Below, piece by piece: positions 1-9,659 of a stretch of 64,000 nt of DNA (positions within the stretch are counted from its first letter, which is position 1; each line of letters starts with the position of its first letter). Position numbers and translations under genes: made by a program. The notes beneath the pieces are model-generated. The model searched no databases and was not told the DNA's origin. It saw nothing but the letters and a program-made list of their open reading frames with translations. Origin of the DNA: Nitrososphaerales archaeon (lineage in GTDB: Archaea > Thermoproteota > Nitrososphaeria > Nitrososphaerales > CADDZS01); assembly GCA_030038075.1 (NCBI GenBank), contig JASHPO010000091.1, positions 571 through 64,570 of the forward strand, given 5' to 3'.

Positions 1-906
1 GATTGCGGCCGACTTTTCGGTCTTTCCCGTCTCTCTTCTGACCTTGAGCAAGCCAGCAAGTGCGGTCGCGCCCGATGGCTCTGCCAGTGCGTGTTCCTTC
101 CTGAGAAGCTGCGCTGTTGCGGCAATAATTTCTTCATCGCTCACCAGCACGATATCATCGACGTATCTCTTCACAAACGAAAAGGTGATCTCGCCGGGCT
201 TGCGAACCGAGAGACCGTCAGCGATCGTCCGGCTCTCTTCCACACTCGAGAGCGCTCCTTTCTTCAGCGAATTGTACATCGATGGCGATCCTTCAGGCTG
301 GACGCCTATCACCCTTGCATGCTTGTGTCCTCCCAGCTTAATCGCACACGCAATCCCGGATATCAGACCGCCGCCGCCGATCGGGACAAACACGCTTTCA
401 AGCTCCGGTACGTCTTCCATGAGCTCGAGGCCGCATGTTCCCTGCCCGGCAATTATCTCAAGATCGTTGAACGGCTGGATGAACGCGAGACCCTCGGATT
501 CCTGGATCTCCTCAGCCTTTTTCATCCGCTCGTCCTGCTGCCTTCCGAAGAATACCGTCCGCGCGCCCAGCGATTTGATCATCTCCAGTTTCTCCGGTAC
601 CACGTTTTCCGGCAGAACTATTGTGGCTCTCATTTTCAATTTGTGGGTGACGTAAGCTACCGCGAGTCCGTGATTTCCGGACGACGCAGTTACAACACCT
701 TTTTTCATTTGATCTTCGGGTAATGAGAGAATCTTGTTCGCTGCCCCGCGAATCTTGAATGACCTCACCGGCTGATAGCATTCCATTTTTAGCCAGACCG
801 ATTTCTCGGAAAATGCGCCGTACGCGGGCGTCCTGTGCGCGTACCCGTGGATCCTCGCTTGCGCCTTCATCAGATCGTTAATCTCAAGAAATTGTTCGGA
901 GTTCAA
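1..906 (-). CDS. PLP-dependent threonine/serine dehydratase-like enzyme; C-terminus runs off the window start
   Basis: Hand reverse translation gives MNSEQFLEINDLMKAQARIHGYAHRTP..MECYQPVRSFKIRGAANK..TASSGNHG..PIGGGGLISG, open to base 1. It is a paralog of 17383..18363. It is absent from the ORF track because it has no in-window stop. TTG 906 is preferred over ATG 870 by alignment to the paralog. Confidence 0.8.
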   Translation of the reverse strand, partial: MNSEQFLEINDLMKAQARIHGYAHRTPAYGAFSEKSVWLKMECYQPVRSFKIRGAANKILSLPEDQMKKGVVTASSGNHGLAVAYVTHKLKMRATIVLPENVVPEKLEMIKSLGARTVFFGRQQDERMKKAEEIQESEGLAFIQPFNDLEIIAGQGTCGLELMEDVPELESVFVPIGGGGLISGIACAIKLGGHKHARVIGVQPEGSPSMYNSLKKGALSSVEESRTIADGLSVRKPGEITFSFVKRYVDDIVLVSDEEIIAATAQLLRKEHALAEPSGATALAGLLKVRRETGKTEKSAAI

Positions 907-1001
907 GTAATTCGCCTTCTAGCAAGTCACCCTTAAACAGTTCTCGAACTCGCCATTTTCCAGGAGAGGATATGTAGGGGAGAAAAATCGAGAGAGCCAA
1001 C

Positions 1002-1901
1002 ATGCCTAGGCTAATGAAAAGAAGAATCAACTCCAAGCCTTCCCTCAGGAAATTGCTTCTGGAAAAAAACCCCATCTTGGCGCCAGGGGCGTACGACGCG
1101 ATGAGCGCGCTGTTGATTCAGAAGGCGGGATTTGACGTGGTCTACATGACGGGCTTCGGAACCTCGGCCTCGCAACTGGGGCAGCCGGATGTGGGCCTTC
1201 TTACAATGCCGGAGATGGTTTCAAACGCGAAACGGATCGTTCAGGCCGTTGACATTCCTGTAATAGCGGACGGAGATACCGGGTACGGTAATCCTCTCAA
1301 CGTAATGCGAACGGTCACAGAATACGAAAATGTCGGAGTTTCCGCAATCCAGGTCGAAGACCAGGTGTCTCCCAAAAAGTGCGGACACATGGAAGGAAAG
1401 CAGGTCATTCCCGCGGAGGAAATGGCAAAGAAGATCGGCGCGGCAGTCGACGCGAGAGAATCAAGGGAATTCATGATAATCGCGCGAACCGACGCGAGGG
1501 CGATTGAAGGCATCGATTCCGCGATAGAAAGAGTCGGAATTTACAAAGATGCGGGAGCGGACATTTTATTCGTCGAGGCACCCCAGAGCGTGGAAGAAAT
1601 CAAAAGGGTAGGCAAGGCGTTCCCCGAGACGCTGTTGCTGTTCAATTGGCTCGAAGGAGGAAAGACGCCACCGGTCAGCTACAACTTTCTGCGAATAAAC
1701 GGATTCAAGATTGTGCTGTTCCCGCTGTGCACAATCTTCGCGGCAAACAAGGCGATAAGAGAGGTTCTTACGGGGATAAAGAAAAATGGGACGCCCGAGA
1801 AAGTAATGTCCAGGTTTCCCACCTTCGACGAGTTTACAGAAATGATAGGACTGCCCGAAATCAAGAAATTGGAAAAACGTTACAAGGTTCAATCAGCTTG
1901 A
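1002..1901 (+). CDS. prpB: methylisocitrate lyase / PEP mutase-isocitrate lyase superfamily enzyme
   Basis: 299 aa with motifs DGDTGYG, KKCGH and ARTDA typical of the ICL/PEP mutase family. prpD and a citrate synthase homolog lie 8-10 kb away. Confidence 0.7.
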   Translation: MPRLMKRRINSKPSLRKLLLEKNPILAPGAYDAMSALLIQKAGFDVVYMTGFGTSASQLGQPDVGLLTMPEMVSNAKRIVQAVDIPVIADGDTGYGNPLNVMRTVTEYENVGVSAIQVEDQVSPKKCGHMEGKQVIPAEEMAKKIGAAVDARESREFMIIARTDARAIEGIDSAIERVGIYKDAGADILFVEAPQSVEEIKRVGKAFPETLLLFNWLEGGKTPPVSYNFLRINGFKIVLFPLCTIFAANKAIREVLTGIKKNGTPEKVMSRFPTFDEFTEMIGLPEIKKLEKRYKVQSA

Positions 1902-2007
1902 AAGTGGAAATGATAAAACACGGAAAAAATCTCATATGAGATTGTTTCAGATCATAAACCAGTACTCAAAAACTCTACTCCGAGTCACCCAAGTTAAGAG
2001 GAGGGAA

Positions 2008-2157
2008 TTAGAGGTAGCCCTCGTCCTCGTTCAAAAACGGCAAAAGTTTCTTCAGTCTCTCATGATTAGCGAGACCTTCGTCCCATCTGTCTTTGTCTTC
2101 CAATTGATACACTCTCTTTTTCACCTCTCCTAGGTGGTAAAGCACGAAATCAGGCAT
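2008..2157 (-). CDS. small hypothetical protein (49 aa)
   Basis: Hand-read ORF MPDFVLYHLGEVKKRVYQLEDKDRWDEGLANHERLKKLLPFLNEDEGYL, ATG to TAA, below the ORF-track cutoff. No homology is claimed. Confidence 0.3.
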   Translation of the reverse strand: MPDFVLYHLGEVKKRVYQLEDKDRWDEGLANHERLKKLLPFLNEDEGYL

Positions 2158-2196
2158 AAAGGTTTGCTATTGACACTATGGAGAAATAATATTGAT

Positions 2197-2222
2197 ATAT
2201 TGAGCATATACAGTCTCAATAT
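2197..2222. promoter_or_regulatory. perfect 8-bp inverted repeat ATATTGAG-N10-CTCAATAT upstream of the AbrB-PhoU gene
   Basis: Read directly. Further ATATTGA(G) copies lie at 2188-2195 and 2265-2272, all within 100 bp of the 2284 start. Confidence 0.4.
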
Positions 2223-2283
2223 AGACACGCTAAATATATGATATTATGAGAAATTTCCAGCGAAATATTGAGAAGAGATAGGT

Positions 2284-3351
2284 ATGAGTCAAGAAGAGGA
2301 AATAATTAAGCAGGAAGGTCAACAGAAGGCGCGTGCAGGAGAAACCCGCAGAGTGCAGCTGACCGGCGGTTCCACTCTGGTCGTATCGCTCCCGAGTGAT
2401 TGGGCGAGGGGCGTTGGCCTGAAGGCGAAAGACGAAGTGTACATGGTTCCCCAGACGGACATGTCACTTCTTGTAATTCCGGGAACAAGAGCGGAAAAGA
2501 TTCCGGAGAGAGTAATCGAGATTTCACAGAAGGAAGACGAGGACGAGATTCTCAGGCAATTCATTGCCTACTACGTTTCCGGCTTTGATGTCATCAGACT
2601 AAAGTTCAAGACTCCTCTTCCCGAGTTGAGATCCAAGCTGAAAGCGCACATCAGGCACAAGCTAATCGGCGTTGAAATTGTCGAAGAAACAACCGACAAC
2701 ATACTCGCGCAGTGCCTCCATGGCAATGTCGACCTTCCCCTGAAAAAGGCGCTGAGCAGAATGTCGATAATCACGAGCTCGATGCAGTTTGACGCCGTGA
2801 AATCTCTCACGACCAGCGACCCGGCGCTCGCAAACGAGATAATCGGCCGCGATGATGAGGTGGACAGATTCGCACACTTTATCTCTAGACAGCTGAACCT
2901 CGCGGTTCATAACAGAGTCATGATCCAGGAGATCGGACTCGCGACCGCGCAAGACTGCATGAACTACAGGATGATAGTGAAGAGTATCGAGAGGATCGCT
3001 GATCACGCGGCCCAGATTGCAGGATCTGAGACATTGCTTGAAAAGAGAAAGATTCCCGCGCCGCTGAACGAGCATATCGTGAAACTCAGCAAAATGTCCA
3101 GCGAGGTCTACGACAACGCGCTTAGGGCGGTACACAGCATGAGTGGAAAGATGGCGAACGAAGCGATATTCAAACTGAAGGGAGTCCTAAAGGAAGAAGA
3201 GTCCGCAACCGAGGAGCTCATAAGTTCGAGACTGGACAACAACGCGGTTGTTTCGCTGAGGCTTGCCTTGGAGAGCCTGCGACGAATTGCAGAGTACTCC
3301 ACGGACATCTGCGAAATCGTCGTGAACATGATAGTCGGCTCGCCTTTCTAG
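2284..3351 (+). CDS. PhoU-family phosphate uptake regulator with N-terminal SpoVT/AbrB-like domain
   Basis: 355 aa. The N-terminus VQLTGGSTLVVSLPSDWARGVGLKAKDEV is AbrB-like. Two PhoU-type helical repeats follow (DDEVDRFAHF.., RRIAEYSTDICE). Confidence 0.8.
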   Translation: MSQEEEIIKQEGQQKARAGETRRVQLTGGSTLVVSLPSDWARGVGLKAKDEVYMVPQTDMSLLVIPGTRAEKIPERVIEISQKEDEDEILRQFIAYYVSGFDVIRLKFKTPLPELRSKLKAHIRHKLIGVEIVEETTDNILAQCLHGNVDLPLKKALSRMSIITSSMQFDAVKSLTTSDPALANEIIGRDDEVDRFAHFISRQLNLAVHNRVMIQEIGLATAQDCMNYRMIVKSIERIADHAAQIAGSETLLEKRKIPAPLNEHIVKLSKMSSEVYDNALRAVHSMSGKMANEAIFKLKGVLKEEESATEELISSRLDNNAVVSLRLALESLRRIAEYSTDICEIVVNMIVGSPF

Positions 3352-3387
3352 AAAAAAATAAAAATCAAAGGCGGTGCCTTACCGACC

Positions 3388-4329
3388 TTGACAGCCGCCG
3401 AGTGCACAGTCAGGCCGCTCGCGGCGGAAGACCTCGACGCGGCTGGCAGGTTGGTCCGTCTCGCCTTCGGGACTTTCTTGCACCTTCCAGATCCGATGGC
3501 GACCTTCGGAGACAGAGACATGATAGGCAAGAGATGGAGCGACACTTCCAAGGCTCTTGGCGCGTACATGGGCCAGAGACTCGTTGGCTTGAATGTCATA
3601 ACGAAGTGGGGAAAATTCGGATGGTTCGGGCCTCTCGCAGTCCATCCTGAATTTTGGGGAAAAGGGATCGCGAAGATACTCATGACCTCGACCATGGACA
3701 TGTTTTCAGACTGGGAGACGACAGCCGAAGGACTGTTCACCTTCTCGGAAAGTCCCAAGCACACGGGGCTGTACGGGAAATTCGGCTTTTATCCACGGTT
3801 CCTGACGCTGGTGATGAGACACGAAGCTGTTGCAGGCAGCGAAGGGTACTCGACCTTGTCTAAATTGGAAGACTCGCAGCAAGAGGATATTCTGCGCCAG
3901 TGCCGAGAAATATCTGCCACGGTTTACCCTGGTTTGGACCTCAGTCAGGAAATTTCCAGCGTCGAAAAGAGAAAACTCGGTGACACGGTATTGCTCATGG
4001 ATGACTCGCGGGTCGAGGGCTTTGCCGTCTGCCACACGGGCGCTGGAACTGAAGCGGGCAGCAACAACTGTTATGTGAAGTTCGCGGCGGTACCTTCTGG
4101 TGATCAATCCCGCGAGAAATTTTCAAATCTCATCGAAGCATGCATGGGATTTGCCGTGTCATCCGGCGCCCAGACGGTAGAGGCGGGAGTGAATCTCGGA
4201 AAGACGCTAACGTTCGAGGAGCTCAAGCGACTGGGATTCACTACCCTGTTTCAGGGGGTAGCCATGCAACGTCCAAACGAGCCCGGATCGAACAGGCCCG
4301 AGGTATTTGCGATAGAAGATTGGAGATAA
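3388..4329 (+). CDS. GNAT family N-acetyltransferase with C-terminal extension
   Basis: 313 aa with an acetyl-CoA binding motif-like segment LAVHPEFWGKGIAKILM. TTG start. Confidence 0.65.
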   Translation: MTAAECTVRPLAAEDLDAAGRLVRLAFGTFLHLPDPMATFGDRDMIGKRWSDTSKALGAYMGQRLVGLNVITKWGKFGWFGPLAVHPEFWGKGIAKILMTSTMDMFSDWETTAEGLFTFSESPKHTGLYGKFGFYPRFLTLVMRHEAVAGSEGYSTLSKLEDSQQEDILRQCREISATVYPGLDLSQEISSVEKRKLGDTVLLMDDSRVEGFAVCHTGAGTEAGSNNCYVKFAAVPSGDQSREKFSNLIEACMGFAVSSGAQTVEAGVNLGKTLTFEELKRLGFTTLFQGVAMQRPNEPGSNRPEVFAIEDWR

Positions 4330-4395
4330 CGGTTTCTAGACTTCAGATAGTCGTATATGCGGGATTCACTCAATCTTGACGAGGAAACCGGCGGT

Positions 4396-5100
4396 ATGAA
4401 ATTTCTTGCTGCGTTCGTTGCGATAGTTGCTCTGACTTTGATTACCTTTGTCCCCAGCGTGTCGGCCCAGACACCGGGCACGCAATACGTCACGTATACA
4501 ATAAATGCGACCACTCCTAACGGCACGGTGTCTGCTACGTTGAATGAAACTGTAACTCCCGGCTCCAACGGTTTGGCCACGGCGGCTTTTCAAATAATTT
4601 CTAGCGAGGCAAACTTGAGCTACTCTAGACTCGTCAACGCATCGCAGGAACTGTTCCCACTGGTTCCGTCAATTGGTACAAGATCGTTAAACCTTACAAT
4701 AACGAATACGACAATATCTGCATCCGTGACCCAGACAGGGACGCAGAGCATTACATTCTCTGGCGCTAGCTATTCGTTGACGACTTATTCGTTCAGCATA
4801 TCCGCTCAAAACGTGCAAGGATCTGGGTTTGCCACCGGTCAGTTCGCTTTATTCCCCTCTGGACTGGTATACTCGACTACAATCAACGCTAACGGGACAA
4901 TTTCGGTAAACACTCAGCTAGTTTCGACGAATCTTCCACTAAGCACTAGCTCGGACGGCTTAAAGGCCACTACCACGATTGTGATTGCTGGAGGCGCGGG
5001 CAGTTTGATTGCCGGAGTGGGCGCATTTGCCTTTTTCAAGAAAGAGAAGAACAGTTCGCCCGGTAGCGGCGACTCAAAGCCCCTACACTGGGTCGATTAG
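4396..5100 (+). CDS. secreted Thr/Ser-rich protein with C-terminal transmembrane anchor
   Basis: ATG 4396 gives the signal peptide MKFLAAFVAIVALTLITFVPSVSAQ. There are many N-x-S/T sequons. The C-terminal TM IVIAGGAGSLIAGVGAFAFF is followed by a KKEK tail. The gene sits first in an apparent operon with the ABC-2 exporter. Confidence 0.7.
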   Translation: MKFLAAFVAIVALTLITFVPSVSAQTPGTQYVTYTINATTPNGTVSATLNETVTPGSNGLATAAFQIISSEANLSYSRLVNASQELFPLVPSIGTRSLNLTITNTTISASVTQTGTQSITFSGASYSLTTYSFSISAQNVQGSGFATGQFALFPSGLVYSTTINANGTISVNTQLVSTNLPLSTSSDGLKATTTIVIAGGAGSLIAGVGAFAFFKKEKNSSPGSGDSKPLHWVD

Positions 5101-6048
5101 CTCCTGAGCATAATCCAATTCTCTGACGCCATCAAGGATTATGGATCAGGAAAGAAAATAGGCCCGATATCTCTTTCAGTGGAAAAGGGAGAGGTTCTCG
5201 GGTTTCTCGGCCCAAACGGCTCGGGCAAGACAACATGCATCAGGCTGCTTTTGGGACTGATGCGCCCGACAACCGGCTCCGTCAGAATTAGAGGGCTTGA
5301 CCCTGTTTCACAGCACCGCAACGCACTCACTAAGGTCGGCTATTCGCCAGAGCTTCCGAACTTGCAGACCTTTCTGACGCCTAGGGAACTGCTTGCCCTA
5401 ACCACTGACGAGTTGCTGATCTCGAAAGCCGAAGCTCCCCACGAGATAGCCAGCTCGCTGGAAATTGTAGGCCTCACCGAGTACACTAACGTGAAGATCT
5501 CGAAGCTCAGCAAGGGAATGGTGCAGCGCCTCAGCATCGCGCAGGCGCTCATTGGATCTCCCGATCTCCTGGTGATGGACGAGCCGATGATAGGCCTCGA
5601 TCCTGCCGGGGCCGCTCACTTTCGAGATGTGTTCAAAAAAATAGCGCAGGAAAAGGGGGGCACGATATTTCTATCGTCGCACATAATGTCCGAAGTAGAA
5701 TCTCTTTGCACAACAGTTTGCATGATTCATAAAGGTCATCTACTTTTCAAAGGATCTATTGAAGAAACGATAGGTAACGTTCTTGGCTCAATCTTCCTGA
5801 TAGTCGAAGCAGACCCTGTAGAAAGATGCTTGGACAGCATAAAGGCGATACCTGGCGTAGAAGATGCGCTCAGGAAAAACGAAAGAACTCTGGAGCTCAA
5901 AATCAGTCGGGGAAAGGACGTCCGGCCTGAAGTCGCAGAAGCAGTCATACGCTCAGGGGCGAAGCTCTACACGCTGAATTACTCTGAGAATTTACTCGAG
6001 AGAACATATCTCGAAGCGCTCAGGAGAGGAACAAACGTTGAGACCTAA
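5101..6048 (+). CDS. ABC transporter ATP-binding protein (ABC-2/DrrA-like); start codon unresolved
   Basis: Walker A GPNGSGKTT, signature LSKGMVQRL and Walker B LLVMDEP are present. Conserved N-terminal sequence IIQFSDAIKDYGSGKKIGPISLSV is encoded at 5110-5178, but the first in-frame ATG/GTG/TTG is GTG 5179. Confidence 0.85.
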   Translation, partial: LLSIIQFSDAIKDYGSGKKIGPISLSVEKGEVLGFLGPNGSGKTTCIRLLLGLMRPTTGSVRIRGLDPVSQHRNALTKVGYSPELPNLQTFLTPRELLALTTDELLISKAEAPHEIASSLEIVGLTEYTNVKISKLSKGMVQRLSIAQALIGSPDLLVMDEPMIGLDPAGAAHFRDVFKKIAQEKGGTIFLSSHIMSEVESLCTTVCMIHKGHLLFKGSIEETIGNVLGSIFLIVEADPVERCLDSIKAIPGVEDALRKNERTLELKISRGKDVRPEVAEAVIRSGAKLYTLNYSENLLERTYLEALRRGTNVET

Positions 6049-6898
6049 AGTGATCTCCACCTTCATCCGCTACGAGATAAAGAGATCAGTGGCGAGAAGG
6101 AAAATCATCGTGCTCGGGTTCTTTACGCTCCTCATCGGCACGGTACCGTATGTGGGACTCGCGAGTCTTCACCACGCCCTGTCGCTGATTCCAACGAAAG
6201 ATTATCCGTACCTCTGGGTTGCAGGAGTTTTTCTGCCCCAGGGTCTGTTCATCCAATTTACGGCGATACTCATAGCGGCCGGTGCAATGTCTGAAGAATA
6301 CGAGCAAGGAACGGCTGAGCTTCTCCTGTCAAAGCCAGTCACAAAGGTGGAATATTTTCTTGGAAAGTTCTTCGGTGGTTACTCGCTTCTCGCTTTCATA
6401 ATTTTGCTCAACATGATACTCGCCGTGATATCGGCGACTATAACCTTCGGACAGCAAAACGGTCTTGGGACTCTTCCTGGAGTTTACTTGGGGCAGGCTT
6501 TTGCCGCGCTTCTATTCTTCACGGTCGCTTTCATGGTGGGCGAACTGATCAGGAGGTCGTCCCTCTCTTACATATTTTCGACCGCGCTGTTTTTCACGAG
6601 CACGATTTTTGGAATATATCTGGGAATAATATACGAACTCACCGGCAATCTGTTCTACAAGCATTTGCAGCTCTACATCCCGTCGTCCCCAATTACTTCT
6701 CTGTCCTTGCTGTATGTCACCGGTTCCCTTCCTTCAGGCGTAGCCTCGCTCCTCACAACAATCGAAGGACTCACGGGTGGCGCCGTCGAAAGTTCGATAG
6801 CGTTTTCGATACTTTTGATCTTCATCTACTTTGCCGCGGCTTTCATCATTGCGTTTGTTTTCTTTGAAAGATCAGACGTCTCAAGAAAAGTTAGCTAG
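6038..6898 (+). CDS. ABC-2 type transporter permease
   Basis: 286 aa, multi-pass hydrophobic protein that overlaps the ATPase stop. Confidence 0.75.
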   Translation: MRPKVISTFIRYEIKRSVARRKIIVLGFFTLLIGTVPYVGLASLHHALSLIPTKDYPYLWVAGVFLPQGLFIQFTAILIAAGAMSEEYEQGTAELLLSKPVTKVEYFLGKFFGGYSLLAFIILLNMILAVISATITFGQQNGLGTLPGVYLGQAFAALLFFTVAFMVGELIRRSSLSYIFSTALFFTSTIFGIYLGIIYELTGNLFYKHLQLYIPSSPITSLSLLYVTGSLPSGVASLLTTIEGLTGGAVESSIAFSILLIFIYFAAAFIIAFVFFERSDVSRKVS

Positions 6899-6931
6899 TC
6901 ACGGAGTGCTTATAGTAGTTCCGTCCAGTAG

Positions 6932-7108
6932 CTACTGCTTTGACATTTCGTGTTTCTCTGAAGCTAGATATTCTTTGTAGCAATCAGGACTGTCGTACAC
7001 GTGATCTAGATATTCGTCGAGAGGAAATTCCTTATTGCACGCTTTGCAGAAACGGAGCCCAGTTGACACTGGCTTTGTTGGTCGCTCCGCTGGCTTTTGC
7101 AAATTCAA
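6932..7108 (-). CDS. small hypothetical Cys/His-containing protein (58 aa)
   Basis: Hand-read ORF running TTG..TAG: MNLQKPAERPTKPVSTGLRFCKACNKEFPLDEYLDHVYDSPDCYKEYLASEKHEMSKQ. CxxC plus a distal H/C suggests a zinc knuckle. It is below the track cutoff. Confidence 0.25.
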   Translation of the reverse strand: MNLQKPAERPTKPVSTGLRFCKACNKEFPLDEYLDHVYDSPDCYKEYLASEKHEMSKQ

Positions 7109-7258
7109 TCACCACTTTCCAATGAATGCTTCTTGCTCTTTAAAGTTTCGATAGAAATTTCACTATTTTGAGCATGGGATTTAGAACTCTCGAAGGAACG
7201 ATACAAATTTTGATTTTAAGCATACATAGATGCAGGTATTTAATTTTGAGTGAAAAAT

Positions 7259-7429
7259 TTACATTATCATCTTTTCTAGGCGAGCTATTCTAGCTTTAAG
7301 ATCTTCCACTTTCAGTTTCGAAACTTCATGATAAAACATCGAAACAGTCCGTTCAACGTGTTGCTGTTGTTCAATCGGTCCATCTATTCTTTTGCTCATT
7401 TCTGCCAATATTTCCAAGATACTCTTCAT
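7259..7429 (-). CDS. small hypothetical coiled-coil-like protein (56 aa)
   Basis: Hand-read ORF running ATG..TAA: MKSILEILAEMSKRIDGPIEQQQHVERTVSMFYHEVSKLKVEDLKARIARLEKMIM, in an AT-rich intergenic stretch. Confidence 0.25.
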   Translation of the reverse strand: MKSILEILAEMSKRIDGPIEQQQHVERTVSMFYHEVSKLKVEDLKARIARLEKMIM

Positions 7430-7635
7430 TCACGCTAGCTCATTGATTGCCGAAGAAACTGTTTCGAACTCCAAAGTATGTCGCCCTCTAAGGAGAAGAC
7501 ACATCGATCTTTCGTGTTTCTCTAAATAGAAACTATATTTCTATTTAGGCGGTTTGCTCCAAATTCTTTGAGAAACACTTGCTATACACTCTTTCCTTTC
7601 TCGCTTAAATAATCGAACAATTTTATCTCAGTGAC

Positions 7636-8013
7636 ATGAACAGTATAGTTCATTTCGAGATACCGGTGAACAATAGGAAGCGCGCGGAGACCTTTTACAG
7701 CCAGGCTTTCGGCTGGATGATAAACAATATGCCAGAGATGGATTACAGCATGGCTGGCACCACGGCGTCAAACGAGCAGGGCGTACCGAAAGAACCTGGG
7801 GCTATCAACGGAGGATTGCCGACGAGGGGCAAACCGATAGAGCACACGGTTGTAACGATTCACGTCGATGATATCGACGCTGCCCTAAAAAAGGTCGAGC
7901 AACTAGGCGACAAGACTATGCAAAAGAAGATGCCAGTAGGAGACATGGGATTTACCGCTTACTTCAAAGATACCGAGGGAAACGTCGTGGGTCTATGGGC
8001 CCCTGCAATGTAG
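7636..8013 (+). CDS. VOC (glyoxalase/bleomycin resistance/dioxygenase) family protein
   Basis: 125 aa. N-terminus VHFEIPVNNRKRAETFYSQAFGW and C-terminus FKDTEGNVVGLW fit the VOC fold pattern. Confidence 0.75.
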   Translation: MNSIVHFEIPVNNRKRAETFYSQAFGWMINNMPEMDYSMAGTTASNEQGVPKEPGAINGGLPTRGKPIEHTVVTIHVDDIDAALKKVEQLGDKTMQKKMPVGDMGFTAYFKDTEGNVVGLWAPAM

Positions 8014-8026
8014 AGGCTTTTCGGAA

Positions 8027-8431
8027 ATGCTGTCCAAAGCTGGATTTGCCACGCTCATTCCCGTCCGAAACATGGATAGGGCGCTAAAGTTCTATACGAA
8101 GACGCTCGGCGCCAAGCTTCAGATGCGCGCCGAGGGCGACATGAAGGACATGTTCGCCTCGCTAAAGTTAGGAAAGGAAGAATTCTGGCTTGTACATCCA
8201 CCAGACTCTCAGGAGAAAAAGCCGGATGTTGCGTATAGTGCCTTCGTGGTCAAGGACATCAAGGCTGAAGTGACCGAACTAAGGAAACGCGGCGCCAAAT
8301 TCGAGCGTGTCGAGAAGATGGAGTGGACAACTAAGACAGACGGCCCAATCGCGTACGACCCCATGGGAGCCACGGCTTTCCTCAAAGACACCGAAGGCAA
8401 CCTGCTCATGCTCTGGCACGGTGAGATGTAG
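8027..8431 (+). CDS. VOC family protein
   Basis: 134 aa with LIPVRNMDRALKFYTKTLG and LKDTEGNLLML. It is a tandem paralog-like neighbour of 7636..8013. Confidence 0.7.
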   Translation: MLSKAGFATLIPVRNMDRALKFYTKTLGAKLQMRAEGDMKDMFASLKLGKEEFWLVHPPDSQEKKPDVAYSAFVVKDIKAEVTELRKRGAKFERVEKMEWTTKTDGPIAYDPMGATAFLKDTEGNLLMLWHGEM

Positions 8432-8490
8432 CTCTCCGTGTCAGAAAATGCTGAGAGCGGGCGTAAAAGCTTCAAGCCTAGATACTATTG

Positions 8491-8862
8491 CTAGGGAATG
8501 AATTCGACTCCTTTCAGTCTTTCAAAAGAAGGATCACCGGTCAAAAATTTAATGCCAATTTTCCTAGAAAGAAAATAGCCAAGGGCATCCGCATAGGAAA
8601 TGTTCAGTCTCTTTCGCTTCAGCTCCAAGCGCAGAGTCATAGCGCGCGAAATGTCACCACTGTCAAACTCAATCAAGTACTTGTAAAAGCTGGTCAAGAG
8701 GTCGGTGGCCACTTTCAAGTTGTATTCCTCAAGAGATCTGTAGAAAATTTCCAAAAGGTTGAGCTTTGTTAAAACACCCTCATTTTCATCGAAGTAGCGC
8801 CTGTAAGTTTCATGGCCACTGGAATAAGCTAACACTGCGTAGCTATCGAAGAAGTATTTCAT
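8491..8862 (-). CDS. vapC: PIN-domain toxin VapC
   Basis: 123 aa with N-terminal FFDSYA and later SYADALG acidic positions. It lies immediately downstream of an AbrB-type antitoxin. Confidence 0.75.
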   Translation of the reverse strand: MKYFFDSYAVLAYSSGHETYRRYFDENEGVLTKLNLLEIFYRSLEEYNLKVATDLLTSFYKYLIEFDSGDISRAMTLRLELKRKRLNISYADALGYFLSRKIGIKFLTGDPSFERLKGVEFIP

Positions 8863-8872
8863 TGGAAGCCTG

Positions 8873-9082
8873 CTAATCCCATCCGTCCTTCATCTTTTCC
8901 TTTTGTTTTTGAAGATCACTGAAGGGATACCTTCCGAAAATATGCTTGATGTCGGATGTCTTCGTTACTGAAACTTGAACCTCCTCGCCTTCCTTTAATC
9001 CCTCTTTTTCCACCATCTCTTTTGGTATGAGGACACCGAACGAGTTTCCCCATCGCTTTAGTTTTGACTTGCGCGTAATCAT
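8873..9082 (-). CDS. vapB: AbrB/MazE/SpoVT-type antitoxin VapB
   Basis: 69 aa with the hallmark KLKRWGNSFGVLIPKEMVEKEGLKEGEEV. Confidence 0.75.
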   Translation of the reverse strand: MITRKSKLKRWGNSFGVLIPKEMVEKEGLKEGEEVQVSVTKTSDIKHIFGRYPFSDLQKQKEKMKDGWD

Positions 9083-9659
9083 AATTATACTTGTTTAAAC
9101 ACGGAATTAAAAGCACTTTCTCTCGTGCAGCTGAGCAAAAAATATCCCAAATATCGCTAACGTGTCGTTTAAACAAGATTCAAGGTAACAAGATTGCTTT
9201 TACACCCGCGTAATCGAGAAGATTCTATTTCTCACTAACGATTTTTGAGACAAGCTCCTGAAAGCCTTCGTCGAACATCTCACGAGTAGCGTTATGAACC
9301 TGAACAAAGCGCGGATCTTTCAAAAGAACTTTGAGCCAAGCGGCCCATCAAGCTCTGATACGAGGACTCTTTGATAGCTTTTTCTTGGCTTCGGAACTGG
9401 AATATGAAGACTAGCAAAGTGAGATGACTACCGTTTGAACTAGGGTAGCTATTATTATGAGAGTTGTAGTCTCGACCAATTCGTCTGAATCGGTTACGTG
9501 AGAAGTATATAGACCGTTTCGTATGACGCGAATATATCAAAAAAGGGTGCTCATATCCTGAGAGTCAACTGTACAGGCTTCCTCTGTTGGCTTTGAAAGA
9601 GAGGTTCGCGTACCTTTCAGCAGAAATTTAATACCCCACTTCAGCTCAAACTACAACCC

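Noticed and set aside
9226-9540. ORF 9292..9540 (-) and a second-frame fragment ..KVLLKDPRFVQVHNATREMFDEGFQELVSKIVSEK ending at 9226-9228.
   Set aside because: The pieces lie in different frames with stops between them and have no recognisable motif. This may be a gene remnant, but it cannot be supported as a feature.
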